From: Smithella sp. | GTDB taxonomy: Bacteria; Desulfobacterota; Syntrophia; Syntrophales; Smithellaceae | Assembly (NCBI GenBank): GCA_049517435.1 | Contig: JBEKRZ010000003.1 | Span: forward strand, 2,453 to 66,452 | Direction of reading: 5' to 3' | DNA: 64,000 bases | Shown: positions 18,350 through 26,511 of the stretch, one piece after another | Layout of the letters: each line of letters starts with the position of its first letter | Position numbering within the stretch: position 1 is the stretch's first letter | Program-made: the position numbers and the translations under genes | The notes under the pieces: model-generated | Databases searched by the model: none | What the model saw: only the letters and a program-made list of their open reading frames with translations | Told to the model about the DNA's origin: nothing

Positions 18350-19969
18350 TCACTGCATTTTAGGTTCTGCTGTGAAAAGGGGTAGCAGCTTTTTATACCT
18401 AAGGGTGGAGATAACTTTCAGAGCCTCATCCTCGCTGTTGAATTTCCCGACTACAACTCGATACCATGTCTCGTTAGGGGTTGCTTTTTTGGATACAATC
18501 TCGATTTTTTTTCCTCTTAATGACGGTTCACTTCTGTAAACCTCGGCGAATTTAGGACTCCAGAACGTTCCGACATTAATTTTATACGTTCGATCGGAGG
18601 ATTTGACAATCAGGCTTTCTTCCGTAATTTTCGGCATCCTGACTTTTTGGTTTACAGAAATTAGATTGGCATTGGTAATCTCGGGGTTAGAATCTAAGAT
18701 GAGGCCAGCGCGGGTTATATTCGACCCTCCGTAATATTGTTGCGCTAAGCGACTAATGCTTTGCCCTTTCTTAACTATAATAGATTCCGTTGATATTGCA
18801 TCCTTACTTACGAGAATCGAAGATGCGGACGGCGGCATAGCTGTTTTGGTGGATTCAACGGGCAGCACCCTTGTCTCAACAGGTAGATAATGCACGTCTA
18901 CTTTTGAAGTCTTTGTGGTTGTTGTTTTAGGACCTGTGACAAGAGATCGTTCAGTATGGAAAAGAGAAGTCCACATGGATTCGATACCCCATTGATTTGA
19001 ATGCCCATATCGAAGGAATCCCAACATCAGAAAAAATATTACTACCAAACCAAGCAGGAACAGGAGGCTAACAGAGATCTTCCTTAGAGAAAGAATTCTT
19101 TCACGACGGATTGGATGCGTTCTTTTGACGAACATGGAGATTTTCCTGGGCTTGAATCTACGGGGTGACGGGCCTTCCAGATTTTTTATAACTTCACGAA
19201 TGATCTTTTCATCTATTATTTTTTGGGATTCACTGAAACCGTTTAGCAAGGCGTTGTCGCACACGATGTTGATGACGCGCGGAATTCCCTTCGCATGCTC
19301 GATGATTATAGAGATTGCCTTGGGGGTGAATGTCTTAGAAGTACTGCTCCCAACGAGTTTAAGGCGATGCTCAATATAGCCACGCGATTCTTCAGCGGTC
19401 ATGGTCGTAATTTCGTGTCTGATTCCTATATGTTGGTTGAGTGTTTTTAGGTTCGGTGAATTGAGCATATTTATAAATTCTGGTTGTCCCACGAAAACAA
19501 TTTTAAGACGCCCTGATACCAGGCAGGCCAAATCGGATAATTCCTCCAGTTCTTGCAGTGTTTCTTCCGAAAGATGCTGTGCCTCATCGATAATCACCGC
19601 CAGCGTCTCATCTCTGCCGATACGTGACAGATATTCAACAAAATGATGTAGAAGAGTTTTCTTGTCCTTTCCTATAACCTCAAGGTATCGCTCCTTGAGG
19701 ATGATTTCCAGAAGTTCTTCAAAGGTGATTGATGGATGAAAAATGAAGGCTGTTTTTACTTTATCATCGAGGTTCATCAAGAGATAGTGAATAAGGGTTG
19801 TTTTGCCTGTTCCCACTTCCCCTGTTATGCTAATAAATCCCTGCCGACTTTCTATGCCCTTCATCATCGCATCCAAGGCTTTTCGGTGGCTCGATGTTAA
19901 ATATAGAAATTTGGGATCCGGCGTGATTTCAAAAGGCTTTCCCGAAAATCCGTAAAATTCATTATACAT
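18350..19969 (-). CDS. ExeA-like AAA ATPase with TM segment and C-terminal LysM + SPOR-like peptidoglycan-binding domains
   Basis: 539 aa. The N-terminus YGFSGKPFEITPDPKFLYLTSSHRKAL...ITGEVGTGKTTL is ExeA/MshM-like. It is followed by a TM helix (LLFLLGLVVIFFLMLGFL), a LysM-like region (IVKKGQSISRLAQQYYG) and a SPOR-like end (WYRVVVGKFNSEDEALKVISTL). Confidence 0.75.
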   Translation of the reverse strand: MYNEFYGFSGKPFEITPDPKFLYLTSSHRKALDAMMKGIESRQGFISITGEVGTGKTTLIHYLLMNLDDKVKTAFIFHPSITFEELLEIILKERYLEVIGKDKKTLLHHFVEYLSRIGRDETLAVIIDEAQHLSEETLQELEELSDLACLVSGRLKIVFVGQPEFINMLNSPNLKTLNQHIGIRHEITTMTAEESRGYIEHRLKLVGSSTSKTFTPKAISIIIEHAKGIPRVINIVCDNALLNGFSESQKIIDEKIIREVIKNLEGPSPRRFKPRKISMFVKRTHPIRRERILSLRKISVSLLFLLGLVVIFFLMLGFLRYGHSNQWGIESMWTSLFHTERSLVTGPKTTTTKTSKVDVHYLPVETRVLPVESTKTAMPPSASSILVSKDAISTESIIVKKGQSISRLAQQYYGGSNITRAGLILDSNPEITNANLISVNQKVRMPKITEESLIVKSSDRTYKINVGTFWSPKFAEVYRSEPSLRGKKIEIVSKKATPNETWYRVVVGKFNSEDEALKVISTLRYKKLLPLFTAEPKMQ

Positions 19970-20195
19970 TTTTTGCCTCGTAAACTTCCTTTTGCGGTTT
20001 CAATGAGTTTGCACCTGAGTGCTGGGTCCGGTTGACCCGCCTTGGATATTTGTACCACATGTTAAGTTAGAGTTCAGCAGTTTTTTGATTATTTCCAATT
20101 GAAATGTTGTATGAATTTGGAAAATAAGAAAAACAACCAGGAAGAAATGCTTGCTGAAAACAAATTATGAAAAACGAATGATACTTATTCTAATC

Positions 20196-20330
20196 TGGCA
20201 GAGACATGCCGTGCGCAATTTCCTGGAAAAGACTTTCAAAAAGCATCCGGCGGTAGCTCCGATAATCAGACGCGCACCGGAATTTTTCACCTCCAACCAC
20301 GTACCGTTTTTTATTGACAACAAGCAATAA
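20196..20330 (+). pseudogene. 5'-truncated remnant of a paralogous B12-radical SAM gene (last ~40 codons)
   Basis: In-frame match to codons WQRPAVRNFLEKTFKKHPAIAPILRRTPEFFTSNHAPFF of 16332..17873. Over 39 codons I counted 7 synonymous-only and 5 replacement differences. No homology upstream of 20196. Confidence 0.7.
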
Positions 20331-20342
20331 TATTATAATTAT
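20314..20342 (+). promoter_or_regulatory. Promoter-like box (TTGACA, AT-rich -10 region) conserved after three rSAM gene tails
   Basis: TTGACAACAAGCAATAATATTATAATTAT. Related boxes occur at 18158 (TTGATAATAAGCAATAATATTATGATTAC) and 28665 (TTGACAACAGATGGTTAATATTATAGATA). The -10 assignment is ambiguous: AATTAT at a 17-nt spacer, or TATAAT at 14 nt. Confidence 0.45.
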
Positions 20343-20416
20343 AAGACTTGTTACGCAGGTCCACACAGTCTAAATAAATTGCAATAAATAATTGATTATT
20401 AAAGTTTAGGAGGTTA

Positions 20417-20522
20417 ACATAGATAAAGGCAAACATGGGGTAATCCGGCAACGCAAAACCACGTGTCCGAAAGTATTCGTTAAGAGGATACACGGAAAGA
20501 CGGGTTACCGAAGTGCATATGG
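20417..20522 (+). promoter_or_regulatory. Candidate c-di-GMP-I (GEMM-I) riboswitch in the adhesin leader
   Basis: Ordered blocks: AAAGGCAAAC (20425-20434); a short hairpin UGGG-GUAA-UCCG with a GNRA loop (20436-20447); ACGCAAAAC (20451-20459); a hairpin CGUGUCC...GGAUACACG (20462-20494); and GGGUUACCGA (20502-20511). From memory, Vibrio cholerae Vc2 has GGGCAAACC / GAAA hairpin / GACGCAAAGCC / P3 hairpin / GGGGUUACCGA. Confidence 0.55.
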
Positions 20523-20557
20523 AGAATACTCAGGTAGGATGACCTCTCCCTCTCTGT

Positions 20558-23500
20558 ATGGGAAATAAAAGCGTTTTTACCGGTGTTGTATTGATTATTT
20601 GTTATGGGAAAAAACTGGTTGACCAAGCGAGTTCAAGCCTGAACAATTGGCGTATCATGGCGACGCGCATTATGCTTTTGCTGATGGCTAGTGCCATTTG
20701 GCTGGTATGCGCCGGTGCGTCGTACGGAGCCATCATTATCAATGCTCCGATGACCGATACCAATAGCGCTGGCTGGGTATTGGGCGGCACACCCACTTCA
20801 TCCTTGCTGACAGGAAACGGTACAATCGATCCCGCTGGTTCGGGGTGGCTACGCCTGACCAACAATTCTGGTAACCAGACCGGTTTTGCCTATAATACAA
20901 CATCTTTCGATCTGAGCCAGGGAGTTCTCGTCCAGTTTGACTATGCCACATGGGGAGGAACCGGAGCAGACGGCTATAGTGTCTACCTGTTCGATGCAGG
21001 GGTAAGTACCTTCAACATAGGCGCCTTCGGAGGTTCTCTCGGCTACGCGCAAAAACTGCCACCAGCCGTTACCCCAGCCGTTCCGGGGATCAGCGGCGGT
21101 TATGTGGGGGTTGGCGTCGATGAGTACGGTAACTTTAGCAATCCCACTGAAGGGCGTTATCTAGGCCCCGGCGCTTATCCCAATACGGTAACAGTCCGTG
21201 GTCCTGTCGTCGGTTTCGGAGGGGGTGCAATCGGTGATACGATCAACGCCTCCTCCTATCCCTGGATAGCAACGTCCGCCAACAACGGCTCACTCTGGTA
21301 CAACGGCACAACCAGACCGGATCAGACCAGCACGAACTATCGGAAGGTGGTGATACTGGTCAGCCCTGCGCCGAATCCGGTCGTCAATGCCTGGATTCAA
21401 TTCGGTTACAACCAGCCGCTTACCCAGATGATTACCAATCAAGCGCTTCCCGCGATCTCGACGTCGCAACTATTGCATATCGGCTATGCCGCAAGTACCG
21501 GCGGTTCTACCAACTATCATGAAATCCGTAACCTGCTGGTAACCAGCCTAAACACGAGCACCGGAATCGACTTGGGCATCACCAAATCTGTTCTCGACAC
21601 GACGACAAGTTCGACAACTATCACAGCCGTAGGGGATGGCATCCGCTATACCGTTACCGCCCGTAACTACGGCCCCAACAACGTGACCGCTACCGGCGTG
21701 GGGATTGTCGACAACGTGCCGGCAACCATAACAGGGGTCACTTGGACCTGCGCCGTCGTTTCCGGCTCGCCGGCTGGGACAAGCTGCGGGGCGGCCTCCG
21801 GCTCAGGAAACAACCTGAACACCACTGCCAACCTTCCATATGGCGGAGCGGTTACTTATACCATCAATGGTACCGTGGGCGCGTCGGCACCAAGTACGCT
21901 CAGTAATACTGTAATCCTCGTCATCCCTGGATCGGTCGTAGATTACAATTCAGCCAACAACAGCGCCACAGCTAGCATTGCTGTTACATCCAACCTCTCG
22001 ACTTCGACCAAAACATGGCAGGATTTAAACGGAGGCGATCAGAATCCCAACGACGTGTTGCAGTTCACAATCAATCTGAAAGAGACCGCTGGCGCTGCCG
22101 CTTCAGGCGTTTCGGTAACGGACACACTACCGCTTACTCTGACTAATCTGACGGTCATAAGTTTCCCCGCCGGTGCGACCAACAACTCCACCAGTAGCGC
22201 TCTTAACATCACCGGCGTGTCGGTCCCGGCAAACGGCTCTGCTACGATCGTCTTCCAGGCAACCATCGCGAACGGGACGGCGGCAGGAACCCTGATCAAT
22301 AATACAGCGACCATCACCAACCCGAACGGCGCTATCGCGAGCCCTTCTTCGCCGACGATCACGGTCTCCGCGTCGCAGATTCCCGCCACTGGCAACAAGC
22401 CGCTCTATCTCTATGGAGGGGCTGCATCACCTTACAAGATGTCCCGTTACCCTACGCCGGGCACACCCACCACCGCTGCCATCGCTGCCAACGGAGGTTC
22501 GGCGGTCTGGAACGGGAATTGGAACGGGCTTGCCAGCAGCACGTTGCCCCTGCAGCTCAACGACACGATAACATCGGCCACCGCCACGCTCTACATCAAC
22601 GGTAGCTCCAATAACACTCGTAATGTCGAAGTACGCTTATACTGCTCCTCGAACGCTGCGGCCTACGCCTCCTGGCCATCAGCGGCCCTTGCCACGAACC
22701 CGCCCGTACCACCGGCGACGCCGACGGCGTATATCTTCAATCTGACGACTCTCAACGGTGGATTTACCTTCCCCGCCACCTGTGCCACGCCTAACTACTG
22801 GGTGCTGCAGGTGTTCAACAGAACCACAACTGCCGGACGGACGATTACCGTTGTTCCGGTGAGTGGCACGAACATTTCACAAGTCCTATTGGCCTCTAAC
22901 AACGTTATCAACGTGAACAGCGTCAACAACTACAGCGCGCCCTATCCCAGCGTTTCAACTCCCGCTGCGGGATATTATGTGGGAAGCCAGTGGGTCTATG
23001 TGCGGGCTTTGGTGAGCGACCCCTTTGGCAGCTACGATATCACTTCGGCATCAGTCACGATCAAGGATCCCAATAACAATGTCGTTGTAACCGCCGCCCC
23101 AATGTCTGTGCCCACCGGCGGCGACTCGGGCGCTGCGACCAAGTACTACGAGTACGCCTACCAAATCCCTTCCGCCGGCCCGGCGGGATACTGGACCGCC
23201 AGCGTGACGGTAAAAGAAGGGACTGAGAACACGGTCTCACATACCGCCGCGGGCGCATTCCAGGTGGTTCTGCCGCCGCTCCTGACTGTCGTTAAGTCAT
23301 CGAGTCCCAGTCCCAGCGTAAGCCCCGGAGGGGTTGTCATCTACACGGTACTTGTTACCAACACCGGCGCCGGAACAGCTACCAGCGTAGTTATAAATGA
23401 TATCTTAAGTCCCTACGTCCAGTGGGGGCTTAATTCCTATGGTACAGGAATCGCATTCCAGTTTACGGACGGTACGCCCGCTTCGGGGCTAACCCTCGGC

Positions 23501-23656
23501 ACGCCTGTCTATTCCAATAACCACGGAGCCACGTGGACCTATGTGCCCTCTGGCACGTACGACGGCAATGTTACTAACTGGCAGATTCCCATGAGCGGTA
23601 CGATGAACGCTAACGGGGCTAATTTTACTATCAAATATAAGGTGCGCGTCAATTAG
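20558..23656 (+). CDS. Large secreted surface protein: N-terminal lectin/ConA-like domain plus DUF11-type repeat domains
   Basis: 1032-aa ORF. The probable start is ATG at 20657 (MATRIMLLLMASAIWLVCAGASYGA, a signal peptide). GWLRLTNNSGNQTGFAYN is lectin-like. DUF11-like units are present (DLGITKSV...GDGIRYTVTARNYGPNNVTATGVGIVDNVPATITG; LTVVKSSSPS...VIYTVLVTNTGAGTATSVVINDIL). GC is about 55% against 30-38% in the flanks (hand-counted 60-nt samples). Confidence 0.75.
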   Translation: MGNKSVFTGVVLIICYGKKLVDQASSSLNNWRIMATRIMLLLMASAIWLVCAGASYGAIIINAPMTDTNSAGWVLGGTPTSSLLTGNGTIDPAGSGWLRLTNNSGNQTGFAYNTTSFDLSQGVLVQFDYATWGGTGADGYSVYLFDAGVSTFNIGAFGGSLGYAQKLPPAVTPAVPGISGGYVGVGVDEYGNFSNPTEGRYLGPGAYPNTVTVRGPVVGFGGGAIGDTINASSYPWIATSANNGSLWYNGTTRPDQTSTNYRKVVILVSPAPNPVVNAWIQFGYNQPLTQMITNQALPAISTSQLLHIGYAASTGGSTNYHEIRNLLVTSLNTSTGIDLGITKSVLDTTTSSTTITAVGDGIRYTVTARNYGPNNVTATGVGIVDNVPATITGVTWTCAVVSGSPAGTSCGAASGSGNNLNTTANLPYGGAVTYTINGTVGASAPSTLSNTVILVIPGSVVDYNSANNSATASIAVTSNLSTSTKTWQDLNGGDQNPNDVLQFTINLKETAGAAASGVSVTDTLPLTLTNLTVISFPAGATNNSTSSALNITGVSVPANGSATIVFQATIANGTAAGTLINNTATITNPNGAIASPSSPTITVSASQIPATGNKPLYLYGGAASPYKMSRYPTPGTPTTAAIAANGGSAVWNGNWNGLASSTLPLQLNDTITSATATLYINGSSNNTRNVEVRLYCSSNAAAYASWPSAALATNPPVPPATPTAYIFNLTTLNGGFTFPATCATPNYWVLQVFNRTTTAGRTITVVPVSGTNISQVLLASNNVINVNSVNNYSAPYPSVSTPAAGYYVGSQWVYVRALVSDPFGSYDITSASVTIKDPNNNVVVTAAPMSVPTGGDSGAATKYYEYAYQIPSAGPAGYWTASVTVKEGTENTVSHTAAGAFQVVLPPLLTVVKSSSPSPSVSPGGVVIYTVLVTNTGAGTATSVVINDILSPYVQWGLNSYGTGIAFQFTDGTPASGLTLGTPVYSNNHGATWTYVPSGTYDGNVTNWQIPMSGTMNANGANFTIKYKVRVN

Positions 23657-23810
23657 GCTATTGCCGCTGCATAAGCAAACTGTTTACAGAAAAAAATGTG
23701 ATGTTATTTTAATAGCTCATTGGGGAGTAATGACAACGATCCCGCTTTTATTCCATGCGGGCCGGAATTGGAGAGAACTACTGCGAAATCGGGTTACAAA
23801 GCCTACTTGT

Positions 23811-24305
23811 TCATAACTGCGATTGATCGGTCACTTCTAAAATGGCATCTACAGCCGGTTGCACAAGCGCCTGCACCTTGGGCGAAAGGGTTCGTTTAAA
23901 ATCAAAATCGTAACCGCGTATGGATACCAGATGCGCCTTGGGTTCACTCTGATGCATAGTTTTGAGAAATGCCAAAAGTGTCGCAGGCGTCATGTGATGG
24001 GTAAATGAAGAAGAAACATATTGTGCTTCAACCGGCGAGCAGTTGAGATCTTCCAGATCGGAACCGACATGGGCATCAACAAAAATTATTTTATCATAGC
24101 CCGTGAGCAGTTCCATTATTTCCGGCACAAGCTGGAGTAGGAAGATTGAATCATTGTCGCCACTCAGTTCATCCAGACCGGTATCACCTTCTTCCAGCAG
24201 TTTCTGCCCCAGTTGCCGGCGCAATTCGTTTATGACAGCAAAAGCAACGCCATCGTCCGCGCAGTATATATTGCCATAACCAATAATAATTGTTTTGGAA
24301 TTCAT
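23811..24305 (-). CDS. [NiFe]-hydrogenase maturation endopeptidase
   Basis: Start reassigned to ATG at 24305 (MNSKTIIIGYGNIYCADDGVAFAV), a HycI/HoxW-type motif. The 58-codon N-terminal extension in the ORF track runs through repeat R6. Confidence 0.8.
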   Translation of the reverse strand: MNSKTIIIGYGNIYCADDGVAFAVINELRRQLGQKLLEEGDTGLDELSGDNDSIFLLQLVPEIMELLTGYDKIIFVDAHVGSDLEDLNCSPVEAQYVSSSFTHHMTPATLLAFLKTMHQSEPKAHLVSIRGYDFDFKRTLSPKVQALVQPAVDAILEVTDQSQL

Positions 24306-24311
24306 TTTATT

Positions 24312-24448
24312 GTTGAAACTCCAATTTCGAAAGCGAAGCGCAGCGGAATTGGTAAGTTGAACAATCCCGCGAAGCGGAGGGTTTAATACCCCGCAGCTTG
24401 CTGCGGAATCTGTTTCCAAAGCTTGCTTTAGGGTTCGTTCCCGTGATT
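24312..24448 (+). repeat. H-family modular hairpin element, copy R6 (both termini)
   Basis: Starts GTTGAAACTCCAATTTCG-AAAGCGAAGCGCAG-CGGAATTGG. Contains CCGC-GAA-GCGG and CCGCAG-CTTG-CTGCGG. Ends TTTCCAAAGCTTGCTTTAGGGTTCGTTCCCGTGATT. It is antisense to the hydrogenase operon. Confidence 0.8.
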
Positions 24449-24454
24449 TTTCAG

Positions 24455-24492
24455 AAAAAAACAGGCGGGCAAGCATCACACTTATCCGCCTG
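24455..24492 (-). terminator. Intrinsic-terminator-like hairpin after the hydrogenase large subunit
   Basis: The minus strand reads CAGGCGG-N17-CCGCCTG followed by TTTTTTT. It starts 21 nt after the stop at 24513. Confidence 0.5.
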
Positions 24493-24512
24493 AAATATTA
24501 TTTGTGCCTGCA

Positions 24513-25940
24513 TTAGCGGCTGATGCGGTCAAGAACGGTGCCATCAGCAGCGATCAATGTAACTTCCAGCGGCATTTTGCCGATGGCATGTGTGGAACAT
24601 GACAAACAGGGATCATAGCAGCGAATAGCCGCCTCCACTCTATTTAACATTCCTTCAGTCAGCTTTGTACCGTCAACATATGCCTTAGCCACAGCTCCGG
24701 CCGCTGTGTGCATGGCCCAGTTGTTATTGCCTGTAGCCACAATGAGATTAACTCTGGTCAACACACCGTTTTCATCTGTGCCATAGTCATGGAAAAGCGT
24801 TCCGCGAGGCGCCTCAATTACGCCCACACCCTGACCGGGAACATTCGAAAGCGGCGGATAGTTGCGAACATTAGTAGACATAATATCCGGATCATCCAGC
24901 AACTGGCCGATGCGTTCCAGACCATAAAGAACTTCAATCATCCGCGCGTAGTGATAATACAGAGAACCCTCTACAGGTTTACCGCCATTTATTTGCCGGA
25001 ACAGTTTGAATTCTTCCTGAGCCAGCGGTGTGCCGATTTTATCGATGACATTCAGTCTGCCTAAAGGTCCGACGCGATAGAAACCCTGAGGGAAGCCCAT
25101 CTTACGCAGGTAAGGATGCTTCAAGAATGACCACGGCTCGACATGCTCGGCAATGAAAGACAGATAGTGCTCCGGTTTAAACTGAGCCAGAAAATTGCCC
25201 TGCGCGCCTTTCACGCGAATTTCACCATCATATAGTTGAAGTCCTCCTTCCGCATCCACCAGCCCCATATAGCTGGAGGGAAAAGAGGCAAAAGATGAGG
25301 CGGTCTCCTTATTAGCTTCAAGCCAGCCTTTAGCAATGCTGATCGCCTCCTGAGCTATTGCGGTCATTGCTTTTAGCTCTGACGCTATGGTTTTACGATC
25401 TTCCTTGGTCAACGGAGCATTAACTCCGCCCGCAACAGCAAAATTAGCATGAACGCGTTTTCCGCCCAGCTTCTCGATTATCTGCTGACCATAGCGGCGC
25501 AGGTTAACCGCTTTCAGCGCCAGTTTCGGATTTTCTTTTATTATTCTGAAAACATTGCGCGTTGCGGGATCAGAATCAAAGCCAAAGAGAAGATCAGGTG
25601 CCGCCAGATGGAAAAAATGCATGCCATGTGACTGAACTGTCTGTCCCATGTGCATCAATTCGCGCAGTAGCTTGGCGGTACGCGTAGGCTGCACACGAGA
25701 AATCGCATCGCATGCCTTGGAAGCCGCCAGGTGATGGCTGATCGGGCAAATTCCGCATATGCGCTGTGTAATTTGCGGCATTTCATAATACGGACGGCCT
25801 TCGCAAAATTTTTCCAAACCACGGAATTCATCAACGTGGAAAAAAGTTTTTTCCACCACGCCTTGATCATCCAGATGTATTGTTACACGTCCATGACCTT
25901 CGATACGTGTTACAGGCTCAATAGTTATCTTCCGACCCAT
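24513..25940 (-). CDS. [NiFe]-hydrogenase large subunit (group 3-like, cytosolic)
   Basis: 475 aa. N-terminal RIEGH and RICGICPISH; C-terminal DPCLSCSTHA metal-site motifs. Confidence 0.92.
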   Translation of the reverse strand: MGRKITIEPVTRIEGHGRVTIHLDDQGVVEKTFFHVDEFRGLEKFCEGRPYYEMPQITQRICGICPISHHLAASKACDAISRVQPTRTAKLLRELMHMGQTVQSHGMHFFHLAAPDLLFGFDSDPATRNVFRIIKENPKLALKAVNLRRYGQQIIEKLGGKRVHANFAVAGGVNAPLTKEDRKTIASELKAMTAIAQEAISIAKGWLEANKETASSFASFPSSYMGLVDAEGGLQLYDGEIRVKGAQGNFLAQFKPEHYLSFIAEHVEPWSFLKHPYLRKMGFPQGFYRVGPLGRLNVIDKIGTPLAQEEFKLFRQINGGKPVEGSLYYHYARMIEVLYGLERIGQLLDDPDIMSTNVRNYPPLSNVPGQGVGVIEAPRGTLFHDYGTDENGVLTRVNLIVATGNNNWAMHTAAGAVAKAYVDGTKLTEGMLNRVEAAIRCYDPCLSCSTHAIGKMPLEVTLIAADGTVLDRISR

Positions 25941-25952
25941 AAAAGTTCTCCT

Positions 25953-26498
25953 CTAATCGTATGTAAATAATTCGGGCGGCAAAATTACCGGTGTGCGTCC
26001 CGCAAGCAACTCCGTTAATGCATAAAAAAATGCATCCGCCCTCGGCGGACAACCCGGAATGAACAGATCAACCTTGACCACTTTATCTACTCCAACAACC
26101 ATATCCAAAGGCTTTCCCAACTCATCGGAATCCGGAATAACTCCATCAACCGTGCTTTCCGTTTCCAGGTACGCGCGCCTTAAGGCCGCATCGGTACCCA
26201 CCAGATTACGCATGGCCGGAACACCGCCGAATGTTGCGCAGTCGCCAACAGCGATGAGGATATCGCAACGCTCACGCATTTGTTTGGCTACTTCAACATT
26301 ATGAGTATTGCAAATAGCTCCTTCCAGAATGCCCACAGTTACGCCTTCTTTAGGCGGATGCTTGAGATCCGTTATCGGGCTCGATGTAAATTCAACCAAT
26401 TCCGACAACGCTACAATACGCTCATCAATATCTAGAAACGACATATGACATCCTGCGCAGCCTGCCAACCAGTCTGTCGCTACCTTGACTTTTACCAT
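25953..26498 (-). CDS. [NiFe]-hydrogenase small subunit (short, HoxY/delta-type)
   Basis: 181 aa. ATDWLAGCAGCHMSFLD and IPGCPP motifs. No Tat signal. Confidence 0.88.
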   Translation of the reverse strand: MVKVKVATDWLAGCAGCHMSFLDIDERIVALSELVEFTSSPITDLKHPPKEGVTVGILEGAICNTHNVEVAKQMRERCDILIAVGDCATFGGVPAMRNLVGTDAALRRAYLETESTVDGVIPDSDELGKPLDMVVGVDKVVKVDLFIPGCPPRADAFFYALTELLAGRTPVILPPELFTYD

Positions 26499-26511
26499 CC
26501 AGGTTCTCCTT

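Noticed and set aside
20311-20493. 60-aa minus-strand ORF in the adhesin leader
   Set aside because: It overlaps the promoter-like box and the riboswitch candidate, is AT-rich with no RBS, and its translation is implausible.
20558-20656. Upstream ATG (MGNKSVFTGVV...) as the adhesin start
   Set aside because: This N-terminus has no signal-peptide character, whereas MATRIMLLLMASAIWLVCAGASYGA at 20657 does. Neither start has a clear SD, so the full ORF coordinates are kept in the feature and the uncertainty is flagged.
24428-24448. GGGTTCGTTCCCGTGA resembling a tRNA T-arm (also TTCATACCCGTGA at 18146)
   Set aside because: No acceptor stem, D-arm, anticodon arm or CCA context could be built around it. 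It is the conserved 3' terminus of the H element.
24306-24479. 58-codon N-terminal extension of the hydrogenase protease ORF in the track
   Set aside because: The extension is translated straight through the H-family repeat R6. The conserved protease N-terminus (MNSKTIIIGYGN..DDG) begins at the ATG at 24305.
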